Source of the DNA: Marsupella aquatica
Lineage: Eukaryota > Plantae > Marchantiophyta
Length of the DNA: 64,000 bases
Direction: 5' to 3'
NCBI GenBank assembly: GCA_973895155.1
Contig: OZ316898.1
Span: forward strand, 3,100,480 to 3,164,479
Below the pieces are notes generated by a model. The model saw nothing but the letters and a program-made list of their open reading frames with translations. It ran no database searches and was not told the DNA's origin. Shown here one piece after another: positions 49,172 to 62,486 of the stretch (positions within the stretch are counted from its first letter, which is position 1; the number at the start of each line of letters is the position of its first letter). The position numbers were made by a program, and so were the translations under genes.

Positions 49172-49657
49172 ATGGTTTCGTTATGGGCCATAGCCGTGCG
49201 GCTTTATAGCTACGCTGGACCGGTGGTGATGCTGGCGTATCCGCTCTATGCCTCTGTGATGGCCATCGAGAGCCCAACGAAGGAAGATGAGACTCAGTGG
49301 CTGACGTACTGGGTGTTGTATTCCTTCGTCCAGCTGATTGAGTTCGGCCTAAGTCGAGTTTTGTACTTCATTCCCTTCTGGTACACAATCAAACTAGCGG
49401 CCGTTGCTTGGCTCGTGCTGCCCCAATTCCATGGAGCGGCTTTTGTGTACGAGAACTATGTGAAAAAGTACATGGGCAGTGCTATCGCTGGGAAGGGTGA
49501 GAAATTGACTACCGAACAACGGCAGGGGATTGAGGAGATGAGCTCCCACGGTCGTGCTTCTGTCTCGGCGTTCATCAACGAGTTTGGGTCGGCCGCATTT
49601 GACTCTGTGATGCAAACGGCCTCAAATGAAGCTGCTAGGAGCAGGGGTCCGAAATGA
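49172..49657 (+). CDS. HVA22: HVA22-like (TB2/DP1) ER-shaping protein, intronless CDS, 161 aa
   Basis: AGPVVMLAYPLYASVMAIESPTKEDETQWLTYWVLYS...IPFWYTIKL...WLVLPQFHGAAFVY. Confidence 0.95.
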   Translation: MVSLWAIAVRLYSYAGPVVMLAYPLYASVMAIESPTKEDETQWLTYWVLYSFVQLIEFGLSRVLYFIPFWYTIKLAAVAWLVLPQFHGAAFVYENYVKKYMGSAIAGKGEKLTTEQRQGIEEMSSHGRASVSAFINEFGSAAFDSVMQTASNEAARSRGPK

Positions 49658-51299
49658 GAACAGACGGGACTGAGAAAAGAGCTGCATGGATGACCATACG
49701 CGTGACTGGACAAGTGAGAACTTCTCTGGCACTACATTTCTGTGTCACCGACAACAGGGAGCTCAAAGGTTTTAGATATATACAACAAGTACTTCTTTTT
49801 CTCTAGTGCTCCTCTCTTGATGTCTCTCTGGGCATGACGGAAGTCGAAGAGAGGTAAACTTGTACAGTAGAGAGAAAACAGTAAATAGTCTTATGGCCAC
49901 GCACGAAAGAGCGTGCCAGTCTCTCAATGACTTGCTATCACTTGCCAACGTGCATGTAACTTTCGGTCCCTTGGTGCCAGTTGAGTTTTGGTGGACTCCG
50001 ATATAATTCGTATTCAATTCAGTTCGACTCGTTTTAACTCGACCATCATTGCAACGGATTTGATCCGTGATTGTGTGCTCAACATATCTTGTATTTCAAA
50101 CATTGGTTTCTGGCCAAATCTCTTATACGCCCAAATCTCGGACCAAAGGCCTTTTGGAGCTCTGTTTCGTGGTCGACATGAACTGATCCACCCGGTTGAA
50201 TCGGTCATTTGAAACTTGGATTATTTCAGTACGCATGTTAGTTGTCGCAGGAATTTCGTTATTGTCGACAGTTTGCTAGCGTCATGAGTCAGGCAACGCA
50301 TGCCCTTGCGGTTGTCGACGTTGTGATCTTGTAAGGGAGTGGAGTGATGTAACTTCCTCTCTACAATGAACGGGTCTGCAGAGCGCTTTCCTTGAACCCT
50401 ATCTGTCTTTCTCCACAACACTGGCCAAGTCAGTTGGTGAAACTCAAGAATTCCGGTCGATCTTCTCAAAAACCTAACGCACACCTTAGCGGCTAAATCA
50501 GGTAGGTATCAAGAATGGTTCTCGCGAAATCTTGCAAACCGCTGTAGTGATCCATAGTTTTCCACGAACTCGAAATTGTCGAACCTTCTCCACTCAATCA
50601 CAGCATCTACAAAGTAAGATGGTGAAGCTCAACAATCTCCGTCGATCTGTCGCAAAGACATAACGCAGAATTCAGGAGCTCAAGAAGATAAGTAGGCAGC
50701 AAGAATGTATGGTTACCGAAAAGATTATGGAAATCACTTTCATGCCCACCCAGTGCTATTCTTGCAACTCGGAATTGCATATCTGCCTAGAAAGGGAATT
50801 GCAAATCTGACTCACCAAGGAAATGCGCATGGACCCACATCAATCATGCTTGCGGGGAGAGGTGATGGTGGTAGAGATTCTAGAAAAGGTGGTCAAGGTT
50901 TTGCACGTTTCAGTTCCAGATTGAACATAGCCTTATTGCATTATAAAAAAAACAGGGAATAGAATTAAAAAGTTTCCCCTTTACCAACTCCACAAATACC
51001 TTTCTCACCAGAAACTCATTGAACAATAATTAACATTCCATTCCTTACAGACTTCACTCACACATTGCCTTGTCTCACCAAAAGGTCAGAGAAAGATATT
51101 TTACAAATTTAGAAATTTAAGAAGTAGGTTTTGAAATTTGAGATGCATAAACACTTTGAACACCCAAAAGAAATAATTGATAGGGGAGTTCTTGATCAAG
51201 CTGGAAGGTTTCCTACAAGTGGAGTGGAGCATCTAGTCAAGCAGGAAGGTGTCCCCCAATTAAGGGGACCTGCTGGAGGGTGAACCGCAAAAGTTAACC

Positions 51300-51800
51300 T
51301 TTGAACTTAGTTCTGCCAAAGAAAAACATTAGCATGGGGTTTTTGAAATTGTAAACGGATATTCTTAGTTACTCGAAATTGTTCGGAGGTACAGTAGCTA
51401 AAGCCTCTCATTAATGGCAAAGTTGAAGCCCAGATGGACCGCCATCTTTGCCAAAAATGCCACTTTAATGCTAGAATAGACTTTTGAAATCAAGATTGAG
51501 TGCTGTGAAACCCTGTTTTCCTCTCATAGAGTATAATACATGCCATTGAGTGAAATGTAACAAGAAAGCGAGACTGGCAGGAAATTTCATCTCTCTATTT
51601 TCAATGAAATTGGACTATAAAGTTGATTGAAAAGATCTTGCCAGTCAGTTTCTAGAACCCAAAGAACTATCTTTTCCATTGGATATGAGTGAGATACTCA
51701 GTGTCAAAGACTTTGCCACTCAAACTTTTGGAAGCCTAAAGTGTGAACAGGTAGTGATGGATTAATCTTTAGAAATCCATAAATTTCTCAATTCTCCATG
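51300..51800 (-). mobile_element. Highly decayed LINE reverse-transcriptase fragment
   Basis: Minus strand reads *SNFIENR...KQGFTALNLDFK..KWHF, resembling the QSxFIxGR...ALKLDFxKAYDxVEWxF signature. Many stops and frameshifts. Confidence 0.35.
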
Positions 51801-52406
51801 AAAACTGGAGATATTGGATTAGTTGGAAAGAACTTTCTAACGTCCTTACTAACAGCTAAGAATACGAGCCTTTTAGTTAAATATCAAGGGAGGGCCGGTA
51901 CTGAAGGCCAGCCCTTGCAAAATTTTGGAAATGAGAAGGGTGTAAAAGGTGTCACTATTGCTTTGCACAGATCACACACAACATATTTTTATGCTACATC
52001 AAATAATAGCAATTACAAAAACTTTCAAAATCACAATGGTTGTTTTAGAAGATCAGAGAATCTAAATAATATATGAGTGCAATATTTTGTTGGGGCCTAT
52101 TGTCTAGAGTGAAGACTCTACACCATGACTTTGGGGTTGTATTAAGTGAAGTTGGGGTGCCATGGAAAATAGGGATTGGGCTCAAGGTGAGTCTCTGAAA
52201 ATATCATGGCAGGTTTGAATGTACTCACCTCTATCAGGTTCAAAGAATGGGCACTCTTTATCCACTACTTTGTTGCCTCTAAACAAAATTAGAGGGCTAC
52301 ATTCTGTTGTGACAGAATCTACTTCACCCCCGCATCAGTCTTTAATTTTAGCTAATGCAAAATCTTTTGACAAGACTCAAGCCAACAGGTTGCACTGAAC
52401 AATCCA

Positions 52407-53527
52407 CTAAAGGGGCATACTAGGTTCTACAGGGTTAGGTCTTACTTGTGCTGTAGGTACCAAAGATCTAGGAGAAAACAAATTCAAATAAATTACAAGA
52501 GTTATTACCAGGGTGGGAACCAAGTTAATAGTTCCAGCCAGGTATGCCCAGGCTTCAGGTCCTTTACAATGATGGCCAAAATGATGGACAATTGCATCCA
52601 CAGACTCTCCTATGGCTACGAAGAGCCAAGCAAGTACTGTGGTGATACTGCAAAACAAAATGGAAACCCAAGGGAAATATGTTACAAAGACACGGACAAA
52701 CACACCTTTTAAAGACAATGCTCAATCTAGAAACAAGGCAATAAATTATATAAAGACCAGTTAAAGCTGAATTTTATACTCGGAAACCTAACCAAACCTT
52801 GCTCTTCGAATCACAAACATTCTACGCTTTTTAATATTTGTAACTGGGCCTGTAAATCAAGCTGTAAATACGGTGGGCATTGTTACCACCATATTACTTC
52901 TGCGATTAGAGCTACAATTTGGCACCATGTGTAGGGAATTGGAGGCGTATTTTGCCTTGGCGGAGCAGATGTAAAAAACACCACACAACAAAGACCAATG
53001 GTGATTGTGGTCATCAAGAAGGCCAGTGTCCCCAACACAGCTGCCGGGCTCGTTGGATGCATGCACTTGCCATCCATAGTATAATAAAGTATACCCTGAT
53101 AAACAGTCATCAAGTGACCATACTGACAGGTTAGTGCCTAGAAGTGTCTGACTAATAAAACATCGCGAAAGAACGAAAAGGACCATACCCGGACACAGAA
53201 TCCCAATTATGGCAAGAATGATAATAAAGAGTGGAAAACAAACGAAAAGCCCTAGAACACCGAAGAGCCAAACCACAACATTGTAGCAAAACAACATTGT
53301 AGCAAAATACTTAATAAAAAATTGGTTAGTACTTCAGTCATCTTGATAGACTTAAGTTTTAACATCATTTGAAACTAGTTCATAGATTGACAAGAAAACG
53401 AGTATACCCTTTTGATGAACCATGCAGAAAATCCCAGGATCAGTGATATAATCCCTAGAATGAGTACTATCCAGAAAATAAACTTTTGAAAGTTGCTGAG
53501 CGCCTCATAGTTCCGCATGCTTGCCAT
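52407..53527 (-). CDS. DUF1218-family (MWL/DEAL-like) four-TM protein, 189 aa. Exons 53527-53408, 53095-52887, 52647-52407
   Basis: Exons join in frame at GT-AG sites: LGIISLILGFSAWFIKR|GILYYTMDGKCMHPTSPAAVLG (cf. CxYPxSPAxxLG)...VIW|CITTVLAWLF...HCKGPEAWAYLAG. Confidence 0.78.
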
Positions 53528-55777
53528 TTCAATCGTCACTTGGTCAATTCTGAACAGATAGAATAGAATTGTCAATGCTACCACGTAAGATGCTAGTGCC
53601 TTTGAAGTTTGTCCACATTGTCAAAGCCTTAAGCCTTAGAAGTGAACTTGCAACTGATTTTGGAGCACTCACCAGTTCCAACTTGCAGCTGATTCTCGAT
53701 CACATTCACCGAGTACGCTGCGACGTCGCTACTTAGCTTTGCTCTTGAAGTTTCTACATAAAAACTTGGCTGGTTATGTGTTTTTCAGGTTACTAAGAGC
53801 AAGCATGGGCGAAAGGCAATATTACACAAACAGAAGATAATGATTTAGAGGCAATCCCAGCCGACTAGCCCCTTAATTAAGTATCCAAAGAAATAGAACC
53901 TGGAGGTGTACCCATACTTTTGCCTGGTGAGTTGTTTCCTTGTAAATGGCCCTCAATACCACCAAAGTATTGATGGCTTTTTGATCCGTGACAACACCTG
54001 GTAGAAAATCGCATTACTTCGCTGGATTCGCCGGTCTTTAACAAGTTAGGACAAGTCAGAGCCAATTTTTTGTTGTCACGTAGCACTGAATTATTGCATG
54101 ATTCTAAGGCTGATCTTATCGATCCAGCTCACTGTGGCAAGGCGCCTCCCGTCGTCGTTTTGTTTGTCAAGATGCATCACTGAAAACTTCTATACATAGC
54201 AAGTCCTGGAGTCCTGGACTGTCGCTGACAGAACAATGACCTTGTACTGGTTTCTCTGATTCTGTATTTAGTTCCCGAACTCTAGATAGAGATCTTAAAT
54301 ATCTTTCCAGCCTAAATATCCGTGGAGTACAGAAACAACTGGATGCGAGCTTTGTCATGATTCATTACAGTCGTGATGTGTTTGTCCAAAGTTCCTGTTT
54401 GGTGAATAGAAATTAATTACGATTGCGCATGCTAAACGCCTCGTCTATATGGACACTAGAATGAAAACAGAATGGTGATGAACACGAACAAAACACTTCA
54501 GCACAGATGTATCTCTACGAACTAAACACTTCAGCAGAGACGTATCTCTACGATGAAAAGCTCGTGTGAACATTTCTGATAATGTTTCCTTTCAGGCACA
54601 CATAGCATAATTTCTTGTCCGGGATGCTATCCGGAAGAATGGATGGAAGCAGTCCAGTACGTCAAGAATGGAATAGGGTCGTGCCTCGGAGGGTCTATAG
54701 CTGCATGTCGGCGAGAGAATGTCTCTGTTAAAGAAGTCGGATGAATTAGCGAGATGGATTCTTCAGTAGGGGGATTAGATTTACTTTCTATTTGGGGGCT
54801 TGGAATTCAAAGGTATAATAGCTCAATTTTTTTTAGTCGGATAATGGAACTGTGTCTGATTAAAATAATGGTGAACAACTACAGTAGGTGGCCTTCTGAT
54901 GAGCCTCCGTGGTCGATCGAGGTTGACCACGACCTCTTAACATTCCGTCAGACCCGTGGAACCACTCTTTGAGTCAGTCCCCCAACAGGACCGAGGCCTC
55001 ATATTCACCATAGCTTGCAAGTTGCAACTTTCTTGCGTCGATCATTGAAGTCATCTCCTAAAAGCTGTCCGAAAGGACCGAAACACATGAGTTGGATTGA
55101 GGCATCGAACTGCTGAAAGCCCGGTGCAAGTGCAAGGGGAGTCAAGTCCAGACAAACTAGCTACCAGTAGCCGGCACTATCAGTACATGCTCATCGAGAG
55201 ACGTACGGGTTGACTTGCCCACTTTACAAATAGCACAAACGATTCGAATGATACTTGCTTTCGGAATATTTGGAACTGAAATGTGCGATTCGATCAGACT
55301 CCTTATTAGTTCTCTATATTATATGTAGTAATATAATATTGTAAGCCATGTCCGTCAGTTGCTCTCGTGTTCCACACAGGACTCTGGCTTTGTCATGATT
55401 CATTACAGTCGTGCATGGATCGTCTAAGGATACCTTACTTGAAACGAGAGACTTCCAGCTAGAGTTGTAAGGGAGTAAAGCTGGAGGAGGCAGTTCTTCG
55501 AGACTGTTACTGCTGTAGCAGATGGAGATCGAGCCAATTGCTCGATGAATGAAGTTGCAAACATATCTTGCGAGGGAAACCGGCCGAGACTACCCGTTCA
55601 ACCTAGGTTCGAAGAAATTGGAGCTACATTAGTCCGGGCAGTACGTAGTCAGAGATCTTCCTTTGCAGACTGACTGAGCCCAGCTATTCTATTCGATTGA
55701 CATCCATCGTACAGAATAGATGGAGAGCGCGCGACCCATCTGATCGACCAAAAGTAGGCCTGCACATACTGACAGCC

Positions 55778-58530
55778 ATGGATCAAAAAGCTGGGGACTG
55801 GAAAACAAGTCTTGCAGCTGTACAGTTATCACAGTATTCGCTCTCATGGGATACAGTAATTGTTGGAGTTGTGACTCTTGTTGTGGTTGTGGTGATCTAT
55901 GGATCTTGGAGGAACAAGAGTCCAGCAAATTTGCCGCCGGGGCCTCGTAACTGGCCTGTCATCGGAGCTCTCTTCCAGATGGAGCCGTTTTTGCACAAAA
56001 CCATGGATAAGTTTGCAAAGCTGTACGGGCCCATCGTCCTCTTTCGTTTGGGTGTTCAAACTCTCGTTGTAGTGTCCTCAGCCGAAAGTGCGGAGGAGCT
56101 CTTGAAGCACAAAGACGCGGACTTTTGCGACAGAGCCACAGCCATGACCAGATCTTCGTCGAAGTACACAGGATTTGACGGTGCAATATTTGTGTTTGCG
56201 AACTATGATGCCGACCTGAAGCTGCACAAGAAGCTCGCAATCACGGAGTTCTTCACCACGGCAAAGATTAAGTCATATGAAAAGCTCCGTACTCAGGAGG
56301 TCGCAGTGATGGTCGAGAAGATATTTGACGCGATCAAGAGTTCCAACAGAAAAAAAGACGGTCACCACAATTTCGATGGTAGTGGAGTACCAATGGGGAT
56401 CCGTTCCATTAGTGTCGGGGTTATTCGGAACATCATGTTTTCTCTGTGTTTTGGCAAGAGATTCGATGGTATGCCGCCACAAGACGAGCTTACGGAATTC
56501 CCTGATATCCTGGAAACCCTTATGGAGCTCGTGATGAGCGTAAATCTGGTACGGGGAAATAACACGAGCTCGGTTCGCGAACACGCCTGTCTGTCGTCCG
56601 TTGTTTGATCTCGCAGCCCAGGTTATTTGGCTGCGTTTCTCTTAGATCGTATTCGATGAATGCTCGTTATTTCCTAATTTTGTACGTGCATGGATGTGAT
56701 TTAGGATCACGCTCACATTTAACCTATCGCCAATATATCGAGAGAATGTCGTGAACTTAGAGTTAGTTAAACATGTTAGATTTCAAACGCTGACTACCTT
56801 ATCATCTTTCTAAAACAAACTGTCCAGCGAAAAGATCGTCCCTAGCTTGGAAGGTTGATCCTGCATGGTTGAAGAATGGTCCCCGCCAATATTCCCCGGC
56901 CGGCAATGGTCCAGCTTGAGGAACTTCTAATACGTCACTCTTTGCCTGAGCTGCTAATGAAAGAAATTGAAAATAGAGTCCCGAACGCGCTTTGTAACAA
57001 AGTTCCGGTATGCATGCCCAGGTGGACTACTTCCCTTGGTTGACTTGGTTGGATCCACAAGGGCTGCTGAAGCGAATGAAAACTTTTGACAAGAGGCATC
57101 GAAGATTCTACGAGGAGATCTTGGAGCGAAACAGGCGGTCAATGAAGCAAAAGCGAGGGTCCGCAGTATTGGAAGGTGCTGACGACGAAAGCTCGACGAG
57201 GAACTTTGTGGACGTTCTCCTCCGTGCCCAAGAAGATGGTGAGGTCACCTTCCCATACATATACGGGGAGACGTTGAAATTTTTAATCATATGGTAGATT
57301 AGGATTATTCGTATCTATTCTACTCAAATTTCTTCCGTTCATCATTGGAATAGTAGCTTGATTAGGTTTGCACGGTCCAAGCATTGCGTTTTGGGCTCTC
57401 CATCATTTGGATGATTTGTCTATGTATATTCCTCATAGCCAGCAGAAGGTCTTACGGGTTCAGGCCTATTACCCGAGTTTCACCTGTATCATAGATGCTC
57501 AAGTTGTTTCACACTGCCTCGATCAAAAGAGGAAGATCGAGCGTATCGCTACCAAGTAACAAAAGTATATGTGATCTTGTCTCGCCCATTCAGGCAACAA
57601 AATTAGTGACAAGGGCGTGATAGGGACAATCATGTCCATGTTATCTGCCGGCATCGACACCACTGGTTCCCAAATAGAGTGGGTGCTCCTCGAGCTAGCA
57701 CGCCAACCGAAGTTGTTGCAAAGACTTCAGTGTGAGCTGGACTCAATTGTTGGAAAAGATCGCCCCTTGGACGAGAATGACCTGACTCTGATGCCACTCC
57801 TCAGTGCTGTCGTCCTCGAAACTTTGCGCTTGCATCCAGCGGTGCCTTTTTCGTTTCCCCACGTCAATCTGGCCCCTTCAACTCTCGGTGAGTTCATTAA
57901 CCAACCCCATGCATTGTGTCTGAGCGATTTTTTTGCTCCATCACGTAGAGTGCTTGAAAGAGTACTTAACATGAAGTAGATCCTGTTTCTGGTCTTTTGG
58001 TGTTGAGTGAGGATGATTGAGGAGAAGACAGTGAAGAGCTTAGTGAAGAGCTTACTGACAGTTGCGTGAGGCATGCATCTCTGGGAATAATTTTACTCTC
58101 ACGGAACTGTGGAATAGGTGGTTTCACTATTCCTGCAAAGACTGCGGTGATCCTGAACATTTACAGTATTGGGCGGGACGCCAAGGCGTGGAAGGATCCT
58201 CTTCAATTCAACCCAGATAGATTCATGGAAAGCGGATCGGCTCTCTCTCCCGACTCGATCAAACCGAATGGCAGTTACTTCAAGCTGCTTCCATTCAGCA
58301 GCGGCAGGAGAGTGTGCTCGGGGTACAACCTAGCTATATTGCTGCTGCTGAGAACGGTAGGGAGCCTGGTCCATGCGTTCGATTGGGCTCCTCCGCCAGG
58401 ATGCACCGCAGAGGATTTGAGCATAGAAGAAGTGGAACCTTTTATAATTCATCCCAACCCCGATCTCTACCTGGTTCCCACACCTCGCTTGTCACCTCAT
58501 TTGTATATGAGCAACCTCACCGTCACTTGA
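55778..58530 (+). CDS. Cytochrome P450, CYP71 clan, 564 aa. Exons 55778-56548, 57022-57238, 57594-57887, 58118-58530
   Basis: TM anchor plus LPPGPRNWPVIG, I-helix AGIDTT, ETLRLHP, FNPDRF and heme motif PFSSGRRVCSG. Exon phases are consistent. Confidence 0.95.
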
Positions 58531-58569
58531 ACCAATTTGGTGATGCTGATTTCAACAATTTAATTGTGG

Positions 58570-58968
58570 TACACTTGTATTTGTGTGTATGTTCTCATGC
58601 ATGCAATGTTTGTTGTATGATGATGTGTATTTGCACGAAATCATGCTATCGAGCTGGGTTCATGTTGCCCTGCTGATACTTGTATATGTGTGTATGCTCT
58701 CATGCATGCAATGTATGTTGTATGATAATGTGTATTTGCACGACATCATGCTGTCGAGCTGGGTTCATGTTGCCCTGCCGGTAATCACACATCATACGGT
58801 AATATATGGCCTGCATTCATTGATTTAAAGAAAATAACGAGTGGTATGATGATGTGTATTTGCATGACATCATGCTGTCGAGCTGGGTTCATGTTGCCCT
58901 GCCGGTAATCACACATCATTCGGTAATATATGGCCTGCACTCATTGATTTTAAGAAAATAACAGAGTG
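58570..58968. repeat. Composite tandem duplication in the P450 3' region (A-B, A-B-C, B-C)
   Basis: Three copies of GTATGATRATGTGTATTTGCAYGAMATCATGCTRTCGAGCTGGGTTCATGTTGCCCTGC. Confidence 0.92.
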
Positions 58969-59159
58969 TCATCATGGTATGGAGGGATGTTGCGTAGCTA
59001 CACACTCTGATAGATGAGTATTGGTGCAAAGTGCTAAAGCAAAACCAGTACATACAATTGCCTGATTAGACCTTCCATTACAAAGTTTATCATTAGTGGG
59101 CTGGAGCTTATTGTAATTATTAGTACAAAGTGGTTATAGGTGGGTCTCACAAAACATAC

Positions 59160-59520
59160 GAATTGTGAAAAAGATGCCTTGCACAAAAGATGTTGTAGAA
59201 AAGAGTCATTGTGTAGAATTTGTTTTTTGCAAAAACAAATGCCATTGAGGAGATGAGACTGGGCAAAAGGATGTATGCTCATATGTAAGATGTTGTTGCC
59301 CTAACAATGCCATTTTGTGTAGGAGACACTCTTTGAAGATGACATTGCGCTAATACTCTTGTTGAGAATGTCATTGTGTAAGAGATGTGGTTGTGGAAAA
59401 GATGTCATCTGTACAAAAGATGACATAGCCATAAAGATGTAGTTGTGTAAAAAGATGTTACTTATAGAGAAGATCTCATTGTACAAAAAATGACAATGTG
59501 TAAGTGATATTGTTTGCGGA
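59160..59520. repeat. Degenerate AAAAGATG-rich short-period tract, related to 13650-13858
   Basis: Recurrent AAAGATG/TCATTGT motifs. Confidence 0.55.
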
Positions 59521-59527
59521 AAGGAGT

Positions 59528-59988
59528 CCCCTTCCCTGATTCTTCTTTGCCTCAACTTTGGTTTTCCTCCTTCACTGACACCCCTTTTCCCGTTCTTCCT
59601 TTGCTCCTCATTTGCTTCCCTCTTTCTTTGGAATGGAAAGCACTGTAATGTGTAAGACAACCATTCTAACATGGGGCGGGATCTCTTATTGTGCTTTTCA
59701 TTGTGGTAAAGATTCTGGTTTTTAACCCATGTTGGACAACAGTGTGCCCCCTTTTGCACCAGCCCTCCCCTTTCCCTTTTCTTCTTTGCCTCCCCTTTTG
59801 CTTCCCTCTTTCTTTTGACTCCCTGTTCCCTTTGCTTCTGTAGCTCCTCCTTTGCTTCACTTTTTCGTTGGTACAGAAAACTATATAATGTGAAAGACAA
59901 CCACTCTAGAAAGTGACGAGATCTATTATTGCAGTCTTTAAATTATGGTCAAGATTATGGTTTTTGACCATGTTGGACAACACTGTAC
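59528..59988. repeat. Two diverged tandem copies of a ~240-bp unit
   Basis: Both copies share TAATGTGWAAGACAACCAYTCTA and CCATGTTGGACAACA after a CT-rich block. Confidence 0.8.
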
Positions 59989-61107
59989 AGGTTCTGTTTT
60001 CCGAGAGTCACTAAAGCACTAAAAGAAAAAATCCCATAGAGTTCACTAAAATCTTACTAATAGATTTGTCTCCCGGACCATAATCCCTTCAGATTCTTAC
60101 TGAATTTCCATCTTTGCGTCATTTGATGTGAATATAAAAAATGCCAAAAGGAGTGTTAAAAACTGATTAGGAGGGTTGCAAATTATGGTCTAGAACCACA
60201 TCTCACTACACTTCCTTTGTTCCTTCCTTTCCATCCACAGGACAAAGTGGGAGCTGATGGACTACAGTGCGATTTACAAGGGGCTACAGAGGACTCTCCC
60301 TTGAGGCCTAATCTCTTGGCTCGTTTCATTCTGGTTTGCAATTGTTTAGGGCTTTTTTAGGGGGTTAGGTACTCTGCTGGGCATCTCTTCAGAATGCATT
60401 TCATGATTTATGGACTCTTTGTCTGCGATCTAATCTCTTTGGTGATTTCATTCGGGTTTGCAATTTGGTCACTCACTATTTGATTAGCTGCAAGAGAAAG
60501 TGGATCCCAGCAAATTCGATCACGGGGCTCTTTCTTGCGTTCTATCCAACTCCGAGCAATGGGCTTCTGCTAGACACAGTGAAATCTCACATCCTGCCTT
60601 CACTGGATGCCCTGAATGCGGTTGTTGAGAGATTGGAATGATTGTCACTTTTGTTCTTCAACGGACTGAGCAACTGGGGAACGGCAAATCTAAGTGCTTA
60701 GCGAACTTGATGCTTGCGAACCCAAAGTTAGAACGTAAAAGAATTTAACTGGGTTGACAAGACTGTATAAATACCTAGTCGGAAAAGTGGGTGTATTGCT
60801 TTCCCATTGTAGAGAAATGAACACTTAGAAAGGAGCCAAGTTATGCGTTTGTTCATAAACAGAGTTGGGGGGCATTCTAGTCGACGAACCAAAGGAATGT
60901 AAGAACATTTGGCACAACCTATCAGTTCGATTGGGCTGGACGTGAAATCAAGTCATATTGGATTGTTATCTAGTTTGAATGTCTCCTTAGCGGAACAGAA
61001 AGAAAGAAGAGAACTCGAAATCCTTTTCATATTCGTCGACAAATTGTCAACAAAGGGCCATATAAAGTACAACAGAGGCAGAGGGACAAATATACAATCG
61101 TCCTAAG

Positions 61108-61831
61108 TCAAGAGGTCGAGTTTGGAGTCTTCTGGGTGTTGTGATGCTTCCTGAATTGCGATGAGCTTCGAAAGATCTCAACCCCGAGAACGTCAAGCAT
61201 GCCTACCACACCCACATGAGGTTTTCCAACTCGAACACGCACATCAGATATTCGGGGGTGCTGCTCCAACACTGCTTTAGCTATGGCAGTCGCCACAGAC
61301 TCCAGCAAAAAATGGGGAGGACCTTCCACAATGGCCCTGATTTGGCTGCAGCGTGTGCCAAAAAATCATGAAGTCAGGCCCTCACAAATGCTTTCCTCGA
61401 CAACAACTTGAAGATCACTAGGCTAAGACCGGACAAAGGGAGAATTCCACCAAATAATTGAGGTTTGCAATTCGTTCAGGCGCAAAGGAAGGTGAACAAT
61501 GTTAGACAATATCTATTTCTGCGGTTCAACCTAAATAGAGTATTAAATTCTTGGTTTCGGTCGATCTCAAGACCACCAGGGTCGACCTGGAAAGCATTTC
61601 AATGCAAAAGTTTATCCAGGCCAACATGTCTGAATCCAACATCCTCCTGACCTGTAAATTTCAGCGTAGCTGACAGAGTCGTCAAGATTATCTGTCTCCC
61701 CGGCTTTGCTGAGGTCCATCCATGCGTCTAAATCAACGTCAAACTTTTGTCCTAGAGTCCTCTCTTCTGGGAACACACCATGATTTCCATGAAACCTCAT
61801 ACGTCTCAGAATTAATCTGTCTCCATTGCCT
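61108..61831 (-). CDS. folB: Dihydroneopterin aldolase. Exons 61831-61652 and 61345-61108; the start codon must come from an upstream exon
   Basis: GDRLILRRMRFHGNHGVFPEERTLGQKFDVD...DNLDDSVSYAEIY|SQIRAIVEGPPHFLLESVA...VRVRVGKPHV...GVEIFR. Confidence 0.93.
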
Positions 61832-62137
61832 CTGCAAGCACACAATAACTGACTCAGAGCTCAGAATGGAATGGAATGATTTAAGAAATGATGATATCAT
61901 TCCTGCAGAAAGTCCCTCAACACAAGTGTTATCTGCTGTGATAACACTTGCCATTAGGTCAGAACTTTCTTGTCTATTTGCCAACCGTGTACATATACCA
62001 TTACAAGGGATCATGCTGATGAATCTTAGAATACCAAACAATGACAATACTATCTGGGAAGATACTCATGCTCCCCAAAGCCATGGGGTCAACACAGTGA
62101 GCCCGTCTTACAATTTAGTGAGCACGTCTTAATAAAA

Positions 62138-62302
62138 TTTCGTACCCGCAAGTCCTGCTTGTGATGCATTATCGCAAAACGCAACAATGTCAGTGCGTGG
62201 AAAGGGATCCGGTCCACAGGCACACCTATCCACTATAAAAGCCCAAGCAGGACAATTTTAACATATTGAATGCAGCTTGGGATTGGACTTGCGGGTACGA
62301 AA
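62138..62302. mobile_element. Small MITE-like insertion in the intron between the CNMT-like and folB exons
   Basis: Inverted repeat TTTCGTACCCGCAAGTCC / GGACTTGCGGGTACGAAA. Confidence 0.55.
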
Positions 62303-62486
62303 AAGAACACTATCTTCTTTCAACAGTGTCGACTACTGTTCATCAAGCTTGAAATTCAACATCTATCAATTTACATATTCAATTACCAGCTTCTGTAACA
62401 CGCACCAATATCTACGAGTCAGCATCAACCGTCAAAGCATTCGACTAAACTTCAGCTCTATCTGGTCGTTGTTCCAGGACATGTAC

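Noticed and set aside
280-61831. panB plus folB as a cofactor biosynthesis cluster
   Set aside because: They are 60 kb apart with unrelated genes between; probably coincidence.
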